Shown: positions 57,422 to 64,000 of the stretch, one piece after another
Layout: each line of letters starts with the position of its first letter
How positions within the stretch are numbered: position 1 is the first letter of the stretch
NCBI GenBank assembly: GCA_965204735.1
Contig: OZ242008.1
Location: 1,664,001-1,728,000 of the forward strand
DNA: 64,000 bases
Reading direction: 5' to 3'
From: Longimicrobiales bacterium
GTDB lineage: Bacteria > Gemmatimonadota > Gemmatimonadetes > Longimicrobiales > Gaopeijiaceae
Program-made: the position numbers and the translations under genes
Notes under the pieces: generated by a model
Databases searched by the model: none
What the model was told of the DNA's origin: nothing
What the model saw: only the letters and a program-made list of their open reading frames with translations

Positions 57422-60069
57422 AGCTGGTCATCGTGGAATCGCCGGCCAAGGCGAAGACGATCTCCAAGTTCCTCGACGACGGGTACCGGGTCGAGGCGTC
57501 ATACGGACACGTGCGCGACCTGCCTCGGTCCGCCCGCGAACTGCCCAAGGCCGTCCGCGACAAGCCGTGGGCCGCGTTGGCGGTGGACACGGAGCGGGGC
57601 TTCAAGCCGGTCTACATCGTGCCCCCCGAGAGCCGCAAGCGTCTTCGCGAGCTGGGCAAGCTCATGGCCCACGCCGACGAAGTGCTCCTGGCGACCGACG
57701 AAGACCGGGAAGGCGAGTCGATCAGCTGGCACCTGCTGCAGGCGCTCAAGCCGTCGGCTCCGGTCAGGCGCATCGCCTTCCACGAGATCACGCGGTCGGC
57801 CATTCGGAAGGCGCTGGAGACTCCCCGAGCGGTGAACCAGCGGCTGGTCCAGGCGCAGGAGGCCCGCCGGGTGCTGGACCGCCTCTTCGGCTACAGCCTC
57901 TCTCCGGTGCTGTGGAAGAAGGTCCGCACCAAGCTGAGCGCCGGGCGCGTCCAGAGCGCCGCCCTCCGCTTGGTCGTGGAGCGCGAGGAGGAGCGGCAGC
58001 GCTTCAAGGCGTCCGAGTACTGGCGCGTGACGGCCGCCCTGGAGGGATCGGGACAGGAGTTCACCGCGACCCTTGCCCAGGTGGCGGACCTCCGGGTCGC
58101 CGTCGGCAGGGACTTCGACTCCACCACGGGCCAGCGGCTGGCGGGCTCCAAGGCGCTCGTGCTGGATCGCGCCGCCGCGTCCAAGGTCGCCGAAGCGGCG
58201 CCGGAAGCCTGTCCATGGCGCGTCGCGTCCGTGGCCCGGAAGGCCGCCCGCCAGCGTCCCCAGCCGCCCTTCACCACCTCCACCCTCCAACAGGCCGCCA
58301 GCAACCGGCTTCGGTTCTCGCCGAGCAAGACGATGCGCCTCGCCCAGCGCCTCTACGAAGGCGTGGCGCTGGCGGCGGGGGAGCGCGAGGGGCTGATCAC
58401 CTACATGCGCACCGACTCGGTGACCCTCTCCGCGAAGGCCCTGGCCGACGCCGGCCGCTACGTCCGCAGCGCCTTCGGCGACGCCTACTACAACGGCCCG
58501 CGCCGCTACCGCACCAAGGCCAAGTCGGCCCAGGAGGCCCACGAAGCGATCCGGCCCACCGAGATCGCCCGCGTTCCGGATCAGGTCGCGTCCTTCCTGA
58601 CTCGAGACGAACTCGCCCTGTACCGCCTCGTCTGGACCCGCGCCGTCGCCTCCCAGATGGCCGACGCCCAGGTCGACCGAACCACCGCGAGCATCTGCGC
58701 GACCCTGGACGGGGTGGAGCACGTCTTCCGAGCCAACGGCTCCGTGCTCCGCTTTCCCGGCTTCCTGAAGGTCTACGGCGACCGGCGCGACGACCAGCTC
58801 CTGCCGCCGCTGAAGGAGGGCGACCAGGTCCTCGACGGCCGCGCCGGCGCCGCCCACGACCCGCCGGGGGCCGCGGCTCTCGTCCGTTCCGTCGAGCCGA
58901 GCCGCCGGGAGACGAAGCCGCCGCCGCGCTACACCGAAGCCTCCCTCGTCAAGAAGCTGGAGGAAGAAGGGATCGGCCGGCCCTCCACCTACACGCCCAC
59001 CATCTCCACGATCCAGGATCGGGACTACGTGCGGAAGAAGAACGGAAGCCTCGTGCCCACCTACGTGGGAATGGCGGTCACCCGTCTCCTCCGCTCCCAC
59101 TTCGGCCAGTACGTGGACCTCCGCTTCACGGCCCGCATGGAGGACGCCCTCGACGACATCGCCGCCGGCGACGCCGAGTCGCGAGTCTTCCTCGACGCCT
59201 TCTACAACGGGGAAGCGGAGCGACCGGGCTTGGTCCGCAAGATCGCCGACACCCTTCCGGAGATCGACTTTCCCACGGTGCCCGTCGGGAGCGATCCCGA
59301 GACCGGCGACCCGATCCACGTCAGGATCGGACGCAACTCGGTGTACGTGGAGCGGGGCAAGGGAAGGGACGCCGCCCGCGCCACCGTCCCGACCGAGACG
59401 CTCATCGACGAGCTGACCCCCGAGCGCGCCGTCCAGATATTCGCCGAGCGCGACCAAGCCGACCGCTACCTGGGCGACGACCCCCAGACCGGACTCCCCG
59501 TCCACGTCCGAGCGGGTCCCTACGGACCGTACTTCCAACTGGGCCAAGGAAGCGCCAGGACCAAGCCCCGGCGGGTGAGCCTGCCCGACGGGGTGGCCCC
59601 GGCGGACGCCACGCTGAAGTACGCCCTCGAGCTCCTCGCCTTGCCGCGGACGGTGGGGAAGGACCCGGACAGCGGCCAGGAAGTCGTCGCCGGGCTGGGC
59701 CGCTACGGCCCCTACGTCTCCCGGGCGGGCGAGTACCGGAACCTGGAGTCGGTGGAACGCGTCTTCGCCGTCACGCTGGAGGAGGCGCTGACCCTTCTGG
59801 CCCAGAGGAAGCCACCTCGCAGAAGCACGGCGAAGGTGCTGAAGGTCGTGGGCGTCCACCCGGAGAGCGGCGCCGAGATACAGCTGCTGGAAGGCCGCTA
59901 CGGCCCCTACGTCACCGACGGCAAGCTCAACGGGAGCGTTCCCAAGGACTCCGACCCCATGGAGGTCACCGTGGATCAGGCCCTGGCGCTGATGGCCGCC
60001 GCGGAGAAGCGGAAGAAGTCCCGCCGGGCCCCCGGCGGCCGGCGACGCTCCCCTGCCCGGCGACGGTAG
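57418..60069 (+). CDS. topA: DNA topoisomerase I
   Basis: VIVESPAKAKTI, ATDEDREGE, SAGRVQS, catalytic ITYMRTDS, QEAHEAIRPT, GIGRPSTY and C-terminal GRYGPY repeats. Confidence 0.96.
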   Translation: MKLVIVESPAKAKTISKFLDDGYRVEASYGHVRDLPRSARELPKAVRDKPWAALAVDTERGFKPVYIVPPESRKRLRELGKLMAHADEVLLATDEDREGESISWHLLQALKPSAPVRRIAFHEITRSAIRKALETPRAVNQRLVQAQEARRVLDRLFGYSLSPVLWKKVRTKLSAGRVQSAALRLVVEREEERQRFKASEYWRVTAALEGSGQEFTATLAQVADLRVAVGRDFDSTTGQRLAGSKALVLDRAAASKVAEAAPEACPWRVASVARKAARQRPQPPFTTSTLQQAASNRLRFSPSKTMRLAQRLYEGVALAAGEREGLITYMRTDSVTLSAKALADAGRYVRSAFGDAYYNGPRRYRTKAKSAQEAHEAIRPTEIARVPDQVASFLTRDELALYRLVWTRAVASQMADAQVDRTTASICATLDGVEHVFRANGSVLRFPGFLKVYGDRRDDQLLPPLKEGDQVLDGRAGAAHDPPGAAALVRSVEPSRRETKPPPRYTEASLVKKLEEEGIGRPSTYTPTISTIQDRDYVRKKNGSLVPTYVGMAVTRLLRSHFGQYVDLRFTARMEDALDDIAAGDAESRVFLDAFYNGEAERPGLVRKIADTLPEIDFPTVPVGSDPETGDPIHVRIGRNSVYVERGKGRDAARATVPTETLIDELTPERAVQIFAERDQADRYLGDDPQTGLPVHVRAGPYGPYFQLGQGSARTKPRRVSLPDGVAPADATLKYALELLALPRTVGKDPDSGQEVVAGLGRYGPYVSRAGEYRNLESVERVFAVTLEEALTLLAQRKPPRRSTAKVLKVVGVHPESGAEIQLLEGRYGPYVTDGKLNGSVPKDSDPMEVTVDQALALMAAAEKRKKSRRAPGGRRRSPARRR

Positions 60070-60080
60070 GCGGCTGCCCC

Positions 60081-61586
60081 ATGCCCGAGGCGACGGTGGT
60101 CGGCGGAGGCTTGGCCGGCTGCGAGGCCGCCCTCTCGCTCGCGCGCCGCGGCCGCGACGTGGAGCTGGTGGAGATGCGCCCGTGCCGCGCGACGCCCGCC
60201 CACCAGACCGGCGCGCTGGCCGAGCTCGTCTGCACCAATTCGTTCAAGAGCGAGAGCCCGGCCAACGCCCACGGCCAGCTGAAGCGGGAGATGGCGGCGC
60301 TGGGCTCCGTGCTCCTGGACGCCGCCCACGAGAGCCGCGTCCCCGCGGGATCCGCCCTGGCAGTGGACCGCGCCCTCTTCTCCAGGGCCGTGTCCCGACG
60401 CGTCCAGGCCCACCCCCGCGTCGCCCTGGTCCGCCGCGAAGTCCGGTCGCTGCCTCCAGGCCCGGCCGTCGTCGCCACCGGTCCGCTCACCTCGCCGGCC
60501 CTCGCCGCCGCCGTCGCCGCCGAGCTGGGAGACGACGGCCTTGCCTTCTACGACGCCATCGCCCCCATCGTCCACGTGGACTCCCTGAACCGCGAGATCG
60601 TCTTCGCGGCAGGCCGGTTTGGAGAAGACGCGGACTACCTGAACTGCCCGATGACGGAGCGCGAGTACCGGACCTTCGTGGACGCCCTCGCCGCCGCCGA
60701 CGTGTACCCGGGCCACGAGTGGGAGAAGATCCCCTACTTCGAAGGCTGCCTCCCCGTCGAGGTCATGGCGCGCCGCGGACGGGACACCCTTCGCTTCGGC
60801 CCCATGAAGCCGATCGGCCTGACCGATCCCCGCACCGGCGGACGGCCCCACGCCGTCGTCCAGCTCAGGCGGGAAGACCGGGCCGGCCAGATGTGGAACC
60901 TCGTCGGCTTTCAGACCCGCTTGCGAACCGGCGAGCAACGGCGGGTCTTCGCCATGGTTCCAGGGCTTGGGGAGGCTGAGTTTCTGCGCTGGGGGTCGGT
61001 CCACCGAAACACCTACCTCAACTTCCCGGCGCGTTTGGCGCCTCACGGCGCCTCGCGCGGCCGCCCGGACCTGCTCTTCGCCGGCCAGCTGACCGGCGTC
61101 GAGGGCTACACCGAGTCGGCCGCGTCGGGGATCCTGGCCGGCATCAACCTGGACCGCGTCCTGAGCGGCCTAGAGCCCGCGGCTCCTCCCCCGGACACGA
61201 TGCTGGGCGGCCTCTGCCGCTACCTTCGTGAGGCCGACCCGACCGCCTTCCAGCCGATGAACTCCAACTGGGGACTCGTGGACCCTCTGCCCGCCGCCCC
61301 GAGGAAGAAGGACGCGCGTCGCCGCGCCCTGGCCGAACGCGCCGACCGTTCCTTCCGCCGCTGGCTGGCCGACGTCGGGCACGCGTCCCCGCCGCCCGCC
61401 CCCGAGAGCGGCTCCGGCGTGCAGTCGAAGGCGACGCCCGACTCAGCGCCGACGACGCCTCCACTGTCCGCCCCCGAGAGCGGCTCCGGCGTGCGGTCGA
61501 AGACGCCGCCCGACCCGGCGGCGACGGCGTCTCCGCCGCCCACCCCCGAGAGCGGCTCCTGCGCCCTCGCAACCGAAGCGACATGA
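60081..61586 (+). CDS. trmFO: FADH2-dependent tRNA (uracil-54-C5)-methyltransferase TrmFO (Gid)
   Basis: Real part of ORF 56850..61586: [53 protein letters not shown] and FQPMN. Confidence 0.95.
   Translation: MPEATVVGGGLAGCEAALSLARRGRDVELVEMRPCRATPAHQTGALAELVCTNSFKSESPANAHGQLKREMAALGSVLLDAAHESRVPAGSALAVDRALFSRAVSRRVQAHPRVALVRREVRSLPPGPAVVATGPLTSPALAAAVAAELGDDGLAFYDAIAPIVHVDSLNREIVFAAGRFGEDADYLNCPMTEREYRTFVDALAAADVYPGHEWEKIPYFEGCLPVEVMARRGRDTLRFGPMKPIGLTDPRTGGRPHAVVQLRREDRAGQMWNLVGFQTRLRTGEQRRVFAMVPGLGEAEFLRWGSVHRNTYLNFPARLAPHGASRGRPDLLFAGQLTGVEGYTESAASGILAGINLDRVLSGLEPAAPPPDTMLGGLCRYLREADPTAFQPMNSNWGLVDPLPAAPRKKDARRRALAERADRSFRRWLADVGHASPPPAPESGSGVQSKATPDSAPTTPPLSAPESGSGVRSKTPPDPAATASPPPTPESGSCALATEAT
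61383..61560 (+). repeat. 72-bp (24-aa) degenerate tandem repeat in the trmFO C-terminus, about 2.5 copies
   Basis: CCCGAGAGCGGCTCC (PESGS) at 61401, 61473 and 61545. Confidence 0.8.
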
Positions 61587-62560
61587 TCCCCCTTCGCCGG
61601 CCGGCCGACTCCGCGGTCGAAGGCGTCGCCCCGACGCCCCGGTCCCCGCGCCTCGCGAACCCCGAGGCCGTGCGCTTCCTCGACCAGCTGGAGACGGCGC
61701 GGGGCCTTTCGGCCCACACCATCGCCGCCTACCGCCGGGACCTGGCCGACCTGGAGCACTTCGTCGCCGGCTACCTCGGCCGCGACGACTTCCGCTGGCG
61801 CGACGTGACCCGGGGCGTGGTCCGCGCCTACCTGGGCGAGGCCCGCCGACGCCGACTGGCCCCTCGGACGATCGCGCGCAGGCTCTCGTCGGCCCGGTCG
61901 TTCTTCGGCCACCTCCGCAGGGAAGGGAAGCTCCCGTCGAACCCGGCCCGGACGGTCCGGGGCCCAAAGCTCGACCGCACGCTCCCGGGCCACCTCCGGG
62001 GCGACGAGGCCGACTCCCTCTTCCGGTGGGCCGCGGACCAGGCCGCCCACACGAATGGGTTCGGCGAGACCCGACTCCTGGCCATGCTCGAGCTCCTCTA
62101 CGGCAGCGGCCTCCGAGTCTCCGAGCTGGCGTCCCTCAACCCAAGCTCCCTCGACTTGCAGCGCGGTCAGCTTCGGGCGCTGGGAAAGGGAAGGAAGGAA
62201 CGGATCGTTCCCGTCACCGACGCCGCGGCCAAGGCGGTCCGCAACTACCTGCCCCGTCGCCAGGAGACCGTCGCCGCCGGTTGCCGAGCCCTCTTCGTGA
62301 ACCACGCCGGCAGGCGGCTTTCGGTCCGCTCGATCCAGAAGGCGGTGTCGGCGGCCCTGACGCGCTTCGCCGCCGCCGAAGGCCTGTCCGTGCACTCCCT
62401 GCGACATTCGTTCGCCACGCATCTCCTGGACTCGGGCGCCGACCTGATGGCGGTCAAGGAGCTGCTGGGGCACGCCTCCCTCTCCACGACCCAGATCTAC
62501 GCCCACACCTCCAAGGAACGCCTCCGCCGGGTCCACGCGGCGGCGCACCCCCGGGCCTAG
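61583..62560 (+). CDS. xerC: Tyrosine recombinase XerC
   Basis: [43 protein letters not shown] and [13 protein letters not shown], in trmFO-xerC-hslVU synteny. Confidence 0.9.
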   Translation: MIPLRRPADSAVEGVAPTPRSPRLANPEAVRFLDQLETARGLSAHTIAAYRRDLADLEHFVAGYLGRDDFRWRDVTRGVVRAYLGEARRRRLAPRTIARRLSSARSFFGHLRREGKLPSNPARTVRGPKLDRTLPGHLRGDEADSLFRWAADQAAHTNGFGETRLLAMLELLYGSGLRVSELASLNPSSLDLQRGQLRALGKGRKERIVPVTDAAAKAVRNYLPRRQETVAAGCRALFVNHAGRRLSVRSIQKAVSAALTRFAAAEGLSVHSLRHSFATHLLDSGADLMAVKELLGHASLSTTQIYAHTSKERLRRVHAAAHPRA

Positions 62561-62704
62561 GCCGGCGTCGCGCCCCGGTCTTGCTGGACTCCTCCGGCGG
62601 CCCGCTCCCCCGCACGGCCCTTTGGCCGGCCCTTGCGAGTCGGCGGCGCGCCTCCGGTTCGGCGGACTTCCAGGGCTTCCCCGTTCATCTACCTTTGATT
62701 CGTC

Positions 62705-63274
62705 ATGCACTCCCCGTCCCCCATCCTTCCCAGCGCCCGCGTGCGGGCCACCACCGTGATCGCCGTGGCCCGAGACGGCCGCGTGGCCATGGCAGGCGAC
62801 GGCCAAGTCACCGTCGGCGACACGGTCGTGAAGGGCGCGGCCCGCAAGGTCCGCCGCCTCAAGGACGACAACGTCCTCGTGGGCTTCGCCGGGGCCGTCG
62901 CCGACGCCTTCACCCTCTTCGCCAAGCTGGAGTCCAAGCTGGAGCGGTGGCCGTCCAACCTGCCCCGGGCGTGCGTCGAGCTGGCCAAGGAGTGGCGCAC
63001 CGACCGCTACCTCCGCCGCCTCGAGGCGCTGCTGGCCGTCGCGGACCGGGAACATATGTTCCTCGTGGGCGGAGACGGCAACGTCATCGAGCCCGACCGG
63101 CCCGTCCTGGCGATCGGTTCCGGTGGCGGCTACGCGCTGGCGGCCGCCCGCGCCCTGTACGCGCGCCCCGAGCTGGGGGCGGCCGAGATCGCCCGCGAGG
63201 CCCTGGAGATCGCTGCCGACATCTGCGTGTTCACCAACCGAGAGATCACGGTGCTGGAGCTGAAGCCTTCATGA
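62705..63274 (+). CDS. hslV: ATP-dependent protease subunit HslV
   Basis: [40 protein letters not shown] and ICVFTN. Confidence 0.95.
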   Translation: MHSPSPILPSARVRATTVIAVARDGRVAMAGDGQVTVGDTVVKGAARKVRRLKDDNVLVGFAGAVADAFTLFAKLESKLERWPSNLPRACVELAKEWRTDRYLRRLEALLAVADREHMFLVGGDGNVIEPDRPVLAIGSGGGYALAAARALYARPELGAAEIAREALEIAADICVFTNREITVLELKPS

Positions 63275-64000
63275 CGTCAAAGTCCCGACCGCCGCACTCC
63301 CCGCCGTCGGCGCCGGGCCGGCCCTCCGGTTCCGCCCAGGGCGCCGGCGACCAGCCTGCCGAGAACGACTGGGGACTGAGCCGCCTGACTCCCCAGCAGA
63401 TCGTCGCCGAGCTGGACAAGTACATCGTCGGCCAGTCGGATGCCAAGAAGGCCGTCGCCATTGCGCTCCGGAACCGCTGGCGGCGTCAGCAGGTGGAAGA
63501 CGATCTGCGCGACGAGATACTTCCCAACAACCTGATCATGATCGGCCCGACCGGGGTGGGGAAGACCGAGGTCGCTCGCCGGCTGGCCCGCTTGGCCGGC
63601 TCTCCCTTCGTGAAGGTCGAGGCGTCGAAGTTCACCGAGGTGGGCTACGTGGGCAGGGACGTGGAGTCGATGATCCGCGACTTGGTGGACACCGCCGTCA
63701 ACATGGTGCGCACCGAGCGCGAAGAAGAAGTCGAGGCGGCCGCGGAGCACAACGTGGAGGAACGCCTGCTTGACCTGCTTCTCCCCGACTCCAACGACGG
63801 TCCTTCCGTCCCGAAGCGTGGAGCTGCGAAGGCGTCGGCGCCCGTGGCGCAGCAATCCGTGGAGCCCGGCGGCCCGCCCAAGATATTCGTCGCGGGTCCG
63901 GGCGACGGCGTCGGAAGGGCAGGGGCGGGCGCCGAGGAAGCCCTGGCCGAGCGTCGCGCCCGAACCCGCGAGAAGCTTCGCAAGCTCCTCCACGACGGCC
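63271..64000 (+). CDS. hslU: ATP-dependent protease ATPase subunit HslU (3' end lies outside the window)
   Basis: Missing from the ORF track because there is no stop in the window. ATG 63271 overlaps the hslV stop. [35 protein letters not shown] and [19 protein letters not shown]. Confidence 0.95.
   Translation, partial: MTSKSRPPHSPPSAPGRPSGSAQGAGDQPAENDWGLSRLTPQQIVAELDKYIVGQSDAKKAVAIALRNRWRRQQVEDDLRDEILPNNLIMIGPTGVGKTEVARRLARLAGSPFVKVEASKFTEVGYVGRDVESMIRDLVDTAVNMVRTEREEEVEAAAEHNVEERLLDLLLPDSNDGPSVPKRGAAKASAPVAQQSVEPGGPPKIFVAGPGDGVGRAGAGAEEALAERRARTREKLRKLLHDG

Noticed and set aside
61583..62560. Mobile-element integrase
   Set aside because: Sequence and trmFO-xerC-hslVU context identify a housekeeping XerC.
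62705..62749. N-terminal extension before the catalytic Thr of HslV
   Set aside because: Short propeptides are known in HslV homologs, and a later GTG start is possible, so this is not unusual.

Overview
High-GC chromosomal window with no rRNA, tRNA, CRISPR array, prophage or intact IS element that I can recognise. The gene set (SprA-like barrel, DUF5916, DUF5715-LysM, choice-of-anchor B, several carboxypeptidase-regulatory/TonB proteins) suggests Gemmatimonadota or another FCB lineage; this is an inference. The left half (1-28.5 kb) holds uptake and catabolism genes: tandem paralogous TonB-dependent receptors, a cation-chloride cotransporter homolog, amidohydrolases and an SLC13 permease. 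It also holds a translationally coupled minus-strand operon of a CxxC thioredoxin-like protein, a UGSC-type selenoprotein and an ADP-ribosylglycohydrolase. The ORF track splits the selenoprotein at an in-frame TGA that is followed by a clear bacterial SECIS hairpin, and a 4 x 19-bp motif array lies upstream of the operon. The middle holds a DapF with both catalytic Cys replaced by Ser, lptG/lptF, a 2043-aa SprA-like translocon, a frameshifted comEA, pilT and pilC. The right half holds alsT-like, dinB, sodA, marC, a LysM peptidase, a GT2, a pilin/minor pilin/pilMNOPQ cluster, then aroC-aroK-topA-trmFO-xerC-hslV-hslU. The two separate pilus/competence operons share an ungapped ~56-bp upstream element, a candidate competence-regulon promoter. 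Many gene ends carry local tandem duplications.
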